Shown: positions 50,399-60,304 of the stretch, piece by piece
Layout of the letters: each line of letters starts with the position of its first letter
Numbering within the stretch: position 1 is the first letter of the stretch
Assembly (NCBI GenBank): GCA_965198225.1
Contig: CBDAOY010000005.1
Span: forward strand, 192,001-256,000
Direction: 5' to 3'
DNA length: 64,000 nucleotides
DNA from: Terriglobia bacterium
Lineage (GTDB): Bacteria; Acidobacteriota; Terriglobia; 20CM-2-55-15
Made by a program: the position numbers and the translations under genes
The notes under the pieces: model-generated
Database searches by the model: none
What the model was told of the DNA's origin: nothing
What the model saw: the letters and a program-made list of their open reading frames with translations, nothing else

Positions 50399-50619
50399 AG
50401 GGAATCGGCGTTCCCGAACTTTTCTGCTTAGCCAACACCCGGGGACAGGGCAAGCCCTGTCCCCCCTCACAGTGGCTCTCTCGCGGACTGTGTCGCTTAA
50501 CGAAGACACCGAGGGAATCGGCGTTCCCGAACTTTTCCGCTTAGCCAACACCCGGGGACAGGGCAAGCCCTGTCCCCCTCACAGTGGCTCTCTCGCGGAC
50601 TGTGTCGCTTAGCGAAGAC
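50399..50619. repeat. Tandem duplication of a 113-bp unit with the hairpin ggggacagggc-aa-gccctgtcccc
   Basis: Units start at 50399 and 50512 and are nearly identical; a third partial copy is at ~60455-60500. Confidence 0.85.
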
Positions 50620-50632
50620 TGTTTGCTACAGA

Positions 50633-52351
50633 TCAGTCGGACTTGATGAAGACGTCGAGTTGGTCGCCCAGGTCCCGGGCGGAGGGGGTGATGATCGTCT
50701 TGTCCCCGACGACAATCTTGATGTTCGACTGCGAGGCGGCTCGAACATCGTCCTCGCAGACGACATCCGCAGGCTTGGGAGGCGGTTTGGGCGGGCTCGC
50801 TGGTGGGACGCTCCCCAGCTCGGCATAGGTGCCGAGCGGTGGGGCCGGCGAGGTCGGTGCAGGAGGTGGATGAGCGGCAACGGTCTTCTTCTCGAGCCAG
50901 CGGTTCACGACACTGGCGATCTTTTCTCGATCCGACGACCCGGCCGGGTTTCCAATTCTCGAAGATGTGAGGGTTGGCGTCGCACCCACGGCTGGAGACA
51001 GGGGCGCTTCTCGTACTCCGAAAGCCACCCGCTTCAGGTTGATCAGGTGGAGCGGGGATATGTTGTCCGAGGTGATGTTTCCGCCCGCGGCACCGCAACC
51101 CAGCGTCATCGATGGGAACAGGTTGGTCGTGTAGCCTACTGCGCCCAGGGCAGCCGGGGTGTTCACGCATATCCGGAAGGCGGGTTTGTGTAGCGCGAAC
51201 TGGCGAATCACTTCGTCGTCGTTCGAATGGAGGGCCAGTGTGTGCCCGAGGCCGCCGAAACTGAGGATGTCGATACATTTCTGACATCCTTCTTTCCAGT
51301 CTCGAACCGTATAGTAGGCAAGGATAGGCGACAGCTTCTCCATCGACAGCGGGTGTTCGCGTCCCACTCCGTCGGCCGCACCTACCAGCGCCCGGGTTCC
51401 TTCCGGGACGTCGATGCCTGCCATCTCGGCGATACGAGGTGCGGACTGACCGACGATCTTGGTGTTGAGTCCCCCGCGGGGTGTTTGAATCACTCTCTCG
51501 AGACGGGTTCGCTCGTCGGGGTTGCAGATGTAGGCCCCCTGCCTCGACAGTTGCTCCAGCGTCGCAGCACCGATGGAGTCGTCGCAGATGAGCGACTGCT
51601 CGGACGAACACAAAGTTCCGTTGTCGAAACACTTCCCCGTCAATACGTGTTGCACTGCTTTCGCCACGTCGGCGGAGCTTTCGATGTAGGCGGGGACGTT
51701 ACCCGGTCCGACTCCGAACGCGGGCTTCCCGGCGCTGTAGGCGGCACGAACCAGGCCGGGACCTCCCGTCGCGAGTATCACTGCGGTGATCCGGTTCTTC
51801 ATCAATTCCTCGGTGCCTTCCATCGTCGGTGTAGTCATGCATCCGACGACCCCGGGCGGCGCCCCTGCCTGCTCGGCCGCCTGCGCGATCAGTCGCGCTG
51901 TTTCGGAAATACACCGCACCGCGGACGGATGCGGACTGAAGACGATTGCGTTGCGACCCTTGAGGGCGATCAACGCTTTGTAGATCGTCGTCGATGTCGG
52001 GTTCGTCGACGGAATGATTCCGGCAACCACACCGACCGGACTCGCAACTTCAAAGATTCGCTTTTCGCGGTCCTCACTGACGATTCCGACGGTCTTCAGC
52101 GGGCGGATGGCTTGATAGACGTTGTCGGCACAGAAGAGGTTCTTGGCTTTCTTATCCTCGGCTGTGCCGAAACCGGTCTCCTCGACAGCGAGGCGACCAA
52201 GAGCGGCCGCGTTCTCGATTGTGATCTTGGAGATAGCCGCCAGGATTGGTTCCACTCGATCTTCGGAAAAATCCTCAAAGAGTTTTCCCGCGGAGTGGGC
52301 CTTCTCGAGCAGGCGTCGAGCCTCTTGAATCGATGAGAGATCCTTGTCCAT
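50633..52351 (-). CDS. Acylating aldehyde dehydrogenase (EutE/AdhE-like) with C-terminal extension
   Basis: PSTNPTST, LATGG, GVGPGN, FDNGTLCSSEQ, EKLSP and GHT; followed by an amphipathic helix, a Pro-rich linker and a small C-terminal domain. Confidence 0.92.
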   Translation of the reverse strand: MDKDLSSIQEARRLLEKAHSAGKLFEDFSEDRVEPILAAISKITIENAAALGRLAVEETGFGTAEDKKAKNLFCADNVYQAIRPLKTVGIVSEDREKRIFEVASPVGVVAGIIPSTNPTSTTIYKALIALKGRNAIVFSPHPSAVRCISETARLIAQAAEQAGAPPGVVGCMTTPTMEGTEELMKNRITAVILATGGPGLVRAAYSAGKPAFGVGPGNVPAYIESSADVAKAVQHVLTGKCFDNGTLCSSEQSLICDDSIGAATLEQLSRQGAYICNPDERTRLERVIQTPRGGLNTKIVGQSAPRIAEMAGIDVPEGTRALVGAADGVGREHPLSMEKLSPILAYYTVRDWKEGCQKCIDILSFGGLGHTLALHSNDDEVIRQFALHKPAFRICVNTPAALGAVGYTTNLFPSMTLGCGAAGGNITSDNISPLHLINLKRVAFGVREAPLSPAVGATPTLTSSRIGNPAGSSDREKIASVVNRWLEKKTVAAHPPPAPTSPAPPLGTYAELGSVPPASPPKPPPKPADVVCEDDVRAASQSNIKIVVGDKTIITPSARDLGDQLDVFIKSD

Positions 52352-52416
52352 ACACGTCCGGCCTCGCGAGTCCTGCGATGTGAAGCGCAAGAAACTCGCG
52401 CGTTAGGAAGCGGCGA

Positions 52417-52689
52417 TCAACCTTTGACGATCAGGTCCACATCGTCGTAAGGGCTAGGGATGACATGCACGCTTACCAGTTCGCCGACACGTCCGGCAGC
52501 TGCAGAACCCGCATCCACTGCGGCTTTGACGGCCCCCACCTCACCTCGAACGAGCACGGCCACATAGCCTCCCAACGTGTATTCTCTCTTTATGAGAGAC
52601 ACGTTGGCCGCTTTGACCATCGCATCAGACGCTTCAACCGCGCCGATAAACCCAAGTGTCTCAACCATACCGAGCGCTTCTCGCATCAT
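52417..52689 (-). CDS. Bacterial microcompartment hexamer shell protein (BMC-H, EutM/PduA-like)
   Basis: [24 protein letters not shown]...[14 protein letters not shown]...VSVHVIP.P. Confidence 0.95.
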   Translation of the reverse strand: MMREALGMVETLGFIGAVEASDAMVKAANVSLIKREYTLGGYVAVLVRGEVGAVKAAVDAGSAAAGRVGELVSVHVIPSPYDDVDLIVKG

Positions 52690-52802
52690 TACCTCGATGG
52701 AGTGGAAACGGCTCCCCTCGCACCCGCAAGGCCACACTCCGGGAAGATTCCGACACCCCCCGAGCGGTGGGGTACGCTAGCAGAATCGATACATAAAAGC
52801 AA

Positions 52803-52831
52803 TTGACTCCTAAGTGTCTAATTTATAAGAT
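52803..52831 (+). promoter_or_regulatory. Sigma70-type promoter upstream of rodZ
   Basis: TTGACT-17 nt-TAAGAT in an AT-rich island. Confidence 0.6.
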
Positions 52832-52867
52832 CTTACTTATTTCTTGGAACGGTGCGCTCGGGATAGT

Positions 52868-53632
52868 ATGTCGGGTTTCGGAAAGAAGTTCAGATCGGCC
52901 CGCGACGCGAAGGGTCTTTCCCTGAATCAGATCGCGGAAGAAACGCGCATCAGCGCGCGATTTTTGCGTGCTATAGAGCAGGAAACGTTCCACCTACTAC
53001 CGGGCGGTGTCTTCAACCGCGGGTTCATCCGCACCTACGCCACGCAGGTCGGGCTGGATCCCGATATCGCCGTCGCGGAGTACGCAGACCTTACCGAGGA
53101 GACGGTGGTTGAAGAACCTTCTCGATCACCTGAGCTGGCCCCCGAACGCCATATCGTCCCTGTCGCAGTCGGAGGTCTTGTTGTCCTAGTTGTTCTCTTC
53201 TACATTTTCGCGTCGCGCGATAGCAGCGTGACCACGGGAGCGGCCGAACCGACGGCACCGGCGTCCCAGGCGATGGCCCGTCCCGAGCCGGCACCTGCTG
53301 TGAACCGCCCAGAAACTCTTCAGCCCCCGCCCCCTCCGCCTCGCGCAACGATCGAACCCCCATTCGAAGGCGTCACCATTCAGATCCAGGTCCATGACGA
53401 GACGTGGGTGGCACTCGCGGCCGACGGAAGAGAAGTCATCGGCGGTGAAGTCCTCGGCGCCGGAACCAGCCGGCGCTACACGGCACGCGAAGCAATCGAG
53501 CTGACGGTCGGCAACGCCGCCGGCTTGTCTCTCCTCATCAATGATCGCGAAGTCCCGCCACTCGGCAGAGCCGGACAGGTGCGCATCCTGACGATCACCC
53601 CGGACAACATCGACCGCTTCACCGGCAGCTAG
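52868..53632 (+). CDS. rodZ: RodZ-like protein (HTH, TM, DUF4115)
   Basis: ETRIS.RFLRAIE....LPGGVFNRGFIRTYA, one TM helix, and C-terminal VGNAAGL.L.IN. Confidence 0.88.
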   Translation: MSGFGKKFRSARDAKGLSLNQIAEETRISARFLRAIEQETFHLLPGGVFNRGFIRTYATQVGLDPDIAVAEYADLTEETVVEEPSRSPELAPERHIVPVAVGGLVVLVVLFYIFASRDSSVTTGAAEPTAPASQAMARPEPAPAVNRPETLQPPPPPPRATIEPPFEGVTIQIQVHDETWVALAADGREVIGGEVLGAGTSRRYTAREAIELTVGNAAGLSLLINDREVPPLGRAGQVRILTITPDNIDRFTGS

Positions 53633-53670
53633 CTGACAGCCCGCAACCGCCGATTGCACGGACAGAATCC

Positions 53671-54020
53671 AGCCACGGATTGCACGGATTTAGCGGATTA
53701 GGGGTCGTCTCTCGGACAGCGCGCCACAGGCTTCTTCCTGTCCGCGGAATCCGTGTGATCCGTGGCCTTCCTTCTTACTGTCATAGCTCCAGCCAGACGC
53801 GCTTTTTGTAGACCGTCCTCGCCACGTCTACCTCGGAAATCTCAAATGAAGCAATTTCCAATGATCAACCTGCAATGTGGATTATTTCAAATATCGCGAT
53901 TTGCGATAGGACCGGGTTTCGTTTCGCTCAGAGATGACCTGGATCTATTGCAAATTGGTCAATGGACGAATCCTGATCGCAAGTTGGAGATTGGAAATTG
54001 CTCAATTTGTCATTGGTCAG
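53671..54020. repeat. Intergenic repeat mosaic (cacggatt family plus AT-rich heptamer family)
   Basis: 53671-53702 is the reverse complement of 31855-31886; 53873-53910 is an inverted copy of the 45784 block. Confidence 0.65.
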
Positions 54021-54095
54021 AGCGTCGAAAGAACGTTCCAACTATGACACCTGAGCGGAGTCGCTAGCTACGCGCTGCTGGTATAATTGTGGGTT

Positions 54096-56888
54096 ATGTC
54101 CAAGGCCTTGAAGTCGTCTGAGCAGGAACGGATCGTTGTCACCGGTGCCCGAGTCCACAACCTCAAGAACATTGATTTCGAGATTCCTCACAGCGCGCTG
54201 ACCGTGGTTACGGGCGTGAGCGGTTCCGGCAAGTCGTCGCTTGCGTTCGACACCATCTATGCGGAAGGGCAGCGCCGCTACATCGAATCGCTGTCGGCCT
54301 ACGCGAGGCAGTTCCTGGAGCGGATTGAGAGACCCGACATCGACGAAGCGACCGGAATCGCTCCAGCTATCGCGATCCGTCAGCGCAATACTGCCCGCAC
54401 ACCGCGATCCACGGTCGGCACCTCGACTGAAGTCAACGACTACATACGCCTGATGTTCGCACGTGTCGGCGTCACGCGATGTCGCGAGTGCGGAACGGTT
54501 GTGCAGAAAGACACGGTGGATCAGATTGCCGATGCCGTGACCTCCTGGTCTCAAGGGTCGCGCTTCTACGTTCTGTTTCCGCTGCCCCGGATGGACGGCG
54601 AAGAGGAGATAGCGAAGTGCCTCGGCGACCTCAAGCGCCGCGGTTTCGGGAGAATCTTCCAGGACGGTCGGACATACGAGTATTCGCGACCCGAATCGCT
54701 CCTCGACGTCAGGTTCGACCGTGCGACCTACGTGCTGGTCGACCGGCTCATGGTCGGCGATGATGTCCGGCAACGACTGGTCGACTCTGTCGAAATCTGC
54801 TTCCACGAAAACCGGGGCGAAGTCGTCCTCCAGGTTGCCGACACGGACGGCGGCAGTGCAGGCCAAACTCATCGCTTCAGCGAGCGCTTCGAATGCAAGA
54901 AGTGCGGTATCCGCTACGAAGATCCGGAACCGCGTCTGTTCTCGTTCAACAATCCTTTCGGAGCGTGCTCGAAGTGTCAGGGATTCGGCAACACGATAGA
55001 CCTCGACATGAACCTGGTGATTCCCGACAAAAGCAAGAGCCTCGTTCAGGGAGCCATCGAGCCATGGACCAAGCCGCGATACAAGAGCTATCTGACGGAC
55101 CTCAAGAAACGGGCATCTGCGGTGGACTTCCCGCTGGATGTGCCCTACCGCGACCTCGAACCTCAGCACCGGGAATTCGTCGTGAAACGCGTGCGGAAGT
55201 TCTTCGACTACCTGGAGACCAAGAAGTACAAACTGCACGTCCGGGTGTTCCTGAGCCGCTACCGCGGCTACACGGTCTGCCGTGCATGCGACGGATCGCG
55301 CCTCCGCCAGGAGGCACGCGACATATTCGTCGATGACAAGAACATCGCGGACATCTCTCGGATGTCGACCAGCGAGGCATTCGACTTCTTCCGCGGGCTG
55401 AAGCTATCCCCGTCCCAGTCGGAAATCGCCGAAAGAATCCTCTGGGAGATTCAGACGAGACTTCGGTTTCTAAACGACGTGGGGCTGCAGTACCTGACGC
55501 TGGATCGACTGTCCTCCACGCTGTCCGGCGGTGAGGCTCAGCGAATCCAGCTGGCTACCTCCCTTGGCTCGACCCTGGTCGGTGCCCTCTATGTCCTGGA
55601 CGAACCGTCTATCGGCCTGCACCCGCGCGACGGGCTCCGGCTGATCGACATCCTGAAACGGCTCAGGGGACTCGGCAATACTGTTCTGGTCGTCGAGCAT
55701 GACGCGGAGATGATTCGTTCGGCGGACTGGATCATCGACCTTGGTCCGGGTGCGGGCGAGAACGGCGGCAATCTGATCTTTCAGGGTCCGTTGCGCGAAC
55801 TCCAGAGGACGACGGCCTCGCTAACCGGGAAGTACCTGAACAACGAGCTCCGTGTGCCGCTGCCGAAACAGCGGCGAAAAAGGGGCAAGCAGAGGCTCAT
55901 CCTGCGCCAGGCAGCCATGCACAACCTGAAAGGCATCGACGTCGAGATCCCACTCGGGCTGATGACCTGTATCACCGGAGTCTCCGGGTCCGGAAAGTCG
56001 ACCCTGGTCCACGATTGTCTCTACGAGGCGTTGAAGTCGCACCTCCAGGGTACCGATCCACCTCCGGCCAGCGGCCGTGTGGAGACAAACTCCAAGTGGA
56101 TTGCCGACGTCGTCCTCGTCGACCAGAGCCCGATCGGCCGGACCCCCAGATCCAACCCGGTCACATACATCAAGGCGTTCGACCAGGTTCGGGATCTCTT
56201 CGCCGCCTCGCGAGAGTCCCATTCGCGTGGCTACACGGCGGGAAGCTTCTCGTTCAACATCCCCGGTGGAAGATGTGAAACCTGCCAGGGAGACGGCACG
56301 GTCACCGTTGAAATGCAGTTCCTCGCCGATGTCGAGCTCGTGTGCGAGGAGTGTAAGGGCATGCGCTACAAGAGCGGCGTCCTGGAAGTCCTCTACAAGG
56401 GCAAGAATATCTACGAGGTGCTTCAGATGACGGTCCGGGAGGCTCTCATGTTCTTCTCGAACGTCGGCCGTATCACAAAAAAGCTGACGATGCTCGAGGA
56501 AATCGGCCTGGGCTACCTGCGGCTCGGTCAGTCGGCTACGACTCTTTCAGGTGGTGAAGCCCAGAGAATCAAGCTAGCATCGTACCTGGCGAAGGACACG
56601 AGCAACAAGACGCTGTTTATTTTCGATGAGCCGACGACCGGCTTGCATTTCGACGACATCAACAAACTGCTTGTGGCCTTCCGGAGATTGATACGAGCCG
56701 GCGGATCGGTATTGATCATCGAGCACAACCTCGACGTCGTGAAATCCGCGGACTGGATCATCGACCTCGGTCCGGAAGGGGGAGACGGCGGCGGTCAGGT
56801 CGTGGCGGTCGGAACGCCCGAGCAGATCTCCAGGAGCCGAAAATCAACCACCGGTCAGTTTCTCAAGCCTGCACTGAAACTTTCGTAA
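54096..56888 (+). CDS. uvrA: Excinuclease ABC subunit A
   Basis: GARVHNLKN, two GVSGSGKS Walker A motifs, LSGGEAQRI twice, and zinc fingers. Confidence 0.96.
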   Translation: MSKALKSSEQERIVVTGARVHNLKNIDFEIPHSALTVVTGVSGSGKSSLAFDTIYAEGQRRYIESLSAYARQFLERIERPDIDEATGIAPAIAIRQRNTARTPRSTVGTSTEVNDYIRLMFARVGVTRCRECGTVVQKDTVDQIADAVTSWSQGSRFYVLFPLPRMDGEEEIAKCLGDLKRRGFGRIFQDGRTYEYSRPESLLDVRFDRATYVLVDRLMVGDDVRQRLVDSVEICFHENRGEVVLQVADTDGGSAGQTHRFSERFECKKCGIRYEDPEPRLFSFNNPFGACSKCQGFGNTIDLDMNLVIPDKSKSLVQGAIEPWTKPRYKSYLTDLKKRASAVDFPLDVPYRDLEPQHREFVVKRVRKFFDYLETKKYKLHVRVFLSRYRGYTVCRACDGSRLRQEARDIFVDDKNIADISRMSTSEAFDFFRGLKLSPSQSEIAERILWEIQTRLRFLNDVGLQYLTLDRLSSTLSGGEAQRIQLATSLGSTLVGALYVLDEPSIGLHPRDGLRLIDILKRLRGLGNTVLVVEHDAEMIRSADWIIDLGPGAGENGGNLIFQGPLRELQRTTASLTGKYLNNELRVPLPKQRRKRGKQRLILRQAAMHNLKGIDVEIPLGLMTCITGVSGSGKSTLVHDCLYEALKSHLQGTDPPPASGRVETNSKWIADVVLVDQSPIGRTPRSNPVTYIKAFDQVRDLFAASRESHSRGYTAGSFSFNIPGGRCETCQGDGTVTVEMQFLADVELVCEECKGMRYKSGVLEVLYKGKNIYEVLQMTVREALMFFSNVGRITKKLTMLEEIGLGYLRLGQSATTLSGGEAQRIKLASYLAKDTSNKTLFIFDEPTTGLHFDDINKLLVAFRRLIRAGGSVLIIEHNLDVVKSADWIIDLGPEGGDGGGQVVAVGTPEQISRSRKSTTGQFLKPALKLS

Positions 56889-56924
56889 ATCTCGGGAACT
56901 CGATCGGAATTGAGAAGAAGAGAT

Positions 56925-57005
56925 AACCACGGACGCACGGAGACACAGAGTTATGTTCTCGACGCGAACCTACAAATCCCTCCGTGCCTCGGCGCCTCCG
57001 TGGTT
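56925..57005. repeat. Inverted pair of 9-mer-periodic repeats
   Basis: aaccacggacgcacggagacacagag / ctccgtgcctcggcgcctccgtggtt. Confidence 0.7.
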
Positions 57006-57092
57006 GAGGTTTCTTCTTGTCATCCGCGTCAAGCGATAGGGGAACGACTCGATTTGAAGGCGTCGAGAAAACGGTTTGGCTGCTGTTAGGCA

Positions 57093-58322
57093 ATGATTAT
57101 TCGACTGGCGCTTCTCCTCATCCTGGCTCAAGAACCGACGCAGCTGCTCCCGCTCGAACAGATGTACGAGCAGGCAGTGGAATTGATGGAGGCCGGGGAG
57201 TGGGACAACGCGATCGAGCAGCTCGAGGCGATCCGCCACGAAGAGCCCGATCACGTCCCGACGCTGTTCAACCTGGCAATCAGTCTGTCAGAGACAGGCC
57301 GAGTCGATCGCGCCGTCGCGTTGTATCAGGAAATCCTGGAGTTTGACCGAACCCTCTTCGAAGCACAGATGAACCTGGCCATTCTGCTGTACGAATCCGG
57401 GAACTCGGAAGGTGCAATCGAGGAGTTCGCCCGCGCGGCTGCCCTTGCTCCAGACGACCCTGTTCCGGTTCTTTACCGTGCACAGACTCTCGATCAGTCC
57501 GGGCGCGACGCGGAGGCTGAGCAGGAATACCGCAGGGTGCTCGCGATCGACCCCGAAGTGGCCGATGCCTGGGAGAAGCTGGGGTTCCTCTACCGCCGTG
57601 CCGAACGGGGCGAGGAAGCCTACGAGGCGTTGATCCAGGCTCGACGCCTGGGCGTCCGATCTCCTGCCGTGTTCATCAGCCTCGGAGATCTGGCGGTTGA
57701 TCGAAACGACTTGACCGCGGCGAAAGATCACTTCGAGAACGCCAACCGGCTCCTCCCCGATGACGAAGACGTTCAACTCCGCCTGGCCTTGACCTTACGA
57801 GATCTGGAGGAATTCCCGGCCGCAATCGAGCTCCTCGAGAAGCTGCCGACAGCAAAGGAGGCGCTCGGAGAAGCCTATTTTGCAAGCGAAGCATACGATC
57901 ACGCCCTCCTCGTATACGAGAGTCTCGTGGGGGCGAACCCCGACAACGCCGATTATTGGTATCTGGTCGGCCGCAGCCTCTTCGAAATGGATCGTCGAGA
58001 ACAGGCCATCCCCTACCTCCAGAAGTCGCTGGTGCTCGAACCCGGGCGGGTCGCCGGCTGGGGGACACTCGCCGCTATTCATTACAGGATCGAGGATTGG
58101 GTCAACGCCGGCGCGATGTTGCTGAAGTACCTGGAACTCGAACCCGACCACGCACCGTCGCACTTCGCGCTGGCGACCTGCTTCGACAAATTAGGCAACT
58201 TCGAAAAAGCGCTGCTGCACTATAATAGATTTACCGAACTCGACGATGGGAGCGACGATGTACGATCCTTCCAGGTGCGACAGAGGGCCAAAGCTCTCCG
58301 TTTGCGTCTCAAGAAGAACTAA
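57093..58322 (+). CDS. Exported tetratricopeptide-repeat protein
   Basis: Signal peptide and multiple TPR-like helical repeats. Confidence 0.88.
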   Translation: MIIRLALLLILAQEPTQLLPLEQMYEQAVELMEAGEWDNAIEQLEAIRHEEPDHVPTLFNLAISLSETGRVDRAVALYQEILEFDRTLFEAQMNLAILLYESGNSEGAIEEFARAAALAPDDPVPVLYRAQTLDQSGRDAEAEQEYRRVLAIDPEVADAWEKLGFLYRRAERGEEAYEALIQARRLGVRSPAVFISLGDLAVDRNDLTAAKDHFENANRLLPDDEDVQLRLALTLRDLEEFPAAIELLEKLPTAKEALGEAYFASEAYDHALLVYESLVGANPDNADYWYLVGRSLFEMDRREQAIPYLQKSLVLEPGRVAGWGTLAAIHYRIEDWVNAGAMLLKYLELEPDHAPSHFALATCFDKLGNFEKALLHYNRFTELDDGSDDVRSFQVRQRAKALRLRLKKN

Positions 58323-58836
58323 CCCAAGCCGCCTGCGAATATTCGTTCTGTTTCTATTGGCGATCAACCTTGCCGCCTGCTCGGCGCGCCCCAATGTGTT
58401 TTCCGAGCCACGCGACGAACGCCTGCGCAGGTTTGATCGAGAGCGTGCACAACTTCAACGCACTACAGATCCCGTCGGTCGGACCAAGATCCATATCCGA
58501 CTCTCGGAGTTAAGAATCAGTTTCGTTGGCGACGCCGTAGATATTGGTGACTTCGAGATGATGGAGGAACACCTCGAGGGATACCGGACGACCATCAAAG
58601 AAGCCCGCGACACGATGATGAATTCCGGACGGGATGCATCCCGCCGGTCGGGCGGTTTTCGGGAGTTGGAAATTGCCCTGAGGCAGCACATGAGACAGCT
58701 CGACGACATCGGGGGCCGCTTGACCTTCCAGTACCGAGATCCGGTCGAAGAAGTCATTACCGAGGTTTCCGAGATTCGTGACGAGCTGTTGAGAGCTTTG
58801 TTTCCGGACGGAAATGCGACTTCGAGCAGCCACTAG
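58246..58836 (+). CDS. Hypothetical helical lipoprotein (start uncertain, possibly near 58333)
   Basis: FVLFLLAINLAAC lipobox followed by a coding-like helical region. Confidence 0.65.
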   Translation: MGATMYDPSRCDRGPKLSVCVSRRTNPSRLRIFVLFLLAINLAACSARPNVFSEPRDERLRRFDRERAQLQRTTDPVGRTKIHIRLSELRISFVGDAVDIGDFEMMEEHLEGYRTTIKEARDTMMNSGRDASRRSGGFRELEIALRQHMRQLDDIGGRLTFQYRDPVEEVITEVSEIRDELLRALFPDGNATSSSH

Positions 58837-59431
58837 TCTATTGGCCGCCTCCCTGGTGGCGGGTGCATTGAGCGTGACCGTGGTCGCGGCCGCAGAGTAC
58901 TTCACCGTACTGGAGATCGACCAGATTCGGGAGGCCCAGGAGATCGGAAGGCGGGTCCCCGTCTTCCTCAACATCGCCCAGACCCGGCTCGTGTACCTCG
59001 GGCTGCAGGAAGTGGAGAAGAAAGAAGAAGGTAAGGCTTCAAGAGTGGCGAAGGCGCTCGTGTCCGTGTTCCAGCCCGGGATGGCAGTCGAGGCCGAGAA
59101 GGCCGAAGCCGAAGCGAAGACCCGGGCCGAAGAGAGCGACGCGGAGCTGGTCGAGTTCACACGAACCGAACTGCTGCGTGGCATCTACCAGGCTCTCGAA
59201 GAGGCGATGGACAACATCGACGACGCTTACGAGCGGAAACGGGGTGACGTCCGTGGGCCGCTCGAGGAACTGAAGCAGTTCACCGAAACCACGATACCGC
59301 TGCTAAAGCGATTCGAACCCGAAACCTCACGCGAGAAATCCGCGCTCCAGGATGCGCTCGAGCAGGCAGAACTGGCGCTCGAAGGGGCCACGAGCGCTCT
59401 CGAAATCGTTCCCAAGACTCCGAAGCCCTAG
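58814..59431 (+). CDS. Hypothetical exported helical protein
   Basis: Signal peptide; EIDQIREAQE and MDNIDDAYE segments; coupled to both neighbours. Confidence 0.75.
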   Translation: MRLRAATSLLAASLVAGALSVTVVAAAEYFTVLEIDQIREAQEIGRRVPVFLNIAQTRLVYLGLQEVEKKEEGKASRVAKALVSVFQPGMAVEAEKAEAEAKTRAEESDAELVEFTRTELLRGIYQALEEAMDNIDDAYERKRGDVRGPLEELKQFTETTIPLLKRFEPETSREKSALQDALEQAELALEGATSALEIVPKTPKP

Positions 59432-60160
59432 ATGTCTCAGCTTTCCCTCAGGTTCGAGGAGTTCCCTCCGGGCGTGGGCAACCTCGAGTTTGCCTTCAAG
59501 ACCGTCCATCGTCGACTGAAACCGCGAACGCCCCTGCCCTCGATAGAGAGTGAGTTCTTCCCCTCCGTCGGGGCCAACCACAGCGCAACGCTGGAGGATG
59601 GGGTTCTCCGGGTCCGCGTCAGCGACCTGTTCGCCCAAGCGCCGCTGGAAGTCCTGGAGACCGTCGCGACGATCCTTCTCTCGAAAATCTACCGCAAGAA
59701 AGTCGATCCCCAACACCACAGGGAGTACCGTCGTTTCACGATGAGTGAAGAGATGATCGAGCGCAGCCGGCGCGTTCGGTCTCAGAGGGGTCGCCGAGCG
59801 AGAACGACAGGCCCGGTCGGATCCCATTGGAACCTGGAGGTGCTGTTCGCCGAAGTGAACGCTCGCTACTTCGACGGTACCCTCCGCAAGCCGGAGTTGT
59901 CATGGACCCCGCGCAAAGCACGATCGGTGCTGGGCAGGTACAACTACGACGACGACGTCATCTTCATCAGCCGTCTCCTCGATTCGAAGGCTATCCCCAG
60001 TTACGTCGTCGCATACATCCTCTTTCACGAAATGCTGCACGTGAAACACCAGCCCCGGATCTCCAATCTCCGGGAAATCGTCCACACCCCCGAATTCCGC
60101 AAAGAAGAAAAGCAGTTCGAGCACTACGACGCCGCCAACCTCTGGTTGAAAGAAAACTGA
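59432..60160 (+). CDS. SprT/YgjP-like zinc metalloprotease domain protein
   Basis: N.RYF.G.L, LGRY, YILFHEMLH (HExxH) and HTPEFR. Confidence 0.85.
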   Translation: MSQLSLRFEEFPPGVGNLEFAFKTVHRRLKPRTPLPSIESEFFPSVGANHSATLEDGVLRVRVSDLFAQAPLEVLETVATILLSKIYRKKVDPQHHREYRRFTMSEEMIERSRRVRSQRGRRARTTGPVGSHWNLEVLFAEVNARYFDGTLRKPELSWTPRKARSVLGRYNYDDDVIFISRLLDSKAIPSYVVAYILFHEMLHVKHQPRISNLREIVHTPEFRKEEKQFEHYDAANLWLKEN

Positions 60161-60304
60161 AGAAGTAGTCAGGTGTCCGTGGCAGAACCGACTCCCCTCC
60201 TGCCAAGGAGGGGTGGATGCGCCGAAGGTGAAGACGGGGTGGTTCTTCCCACTCATCACTTTTCACTCGTCACTCGTCTCTCCCCCACAAAAACTCACAG
60301 GGAC

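Noticed and set aside
50399-50619. CRISPR-like repeat with hairpin
   Set aside because: Only two units, and the intervening sequence is also duplicated.
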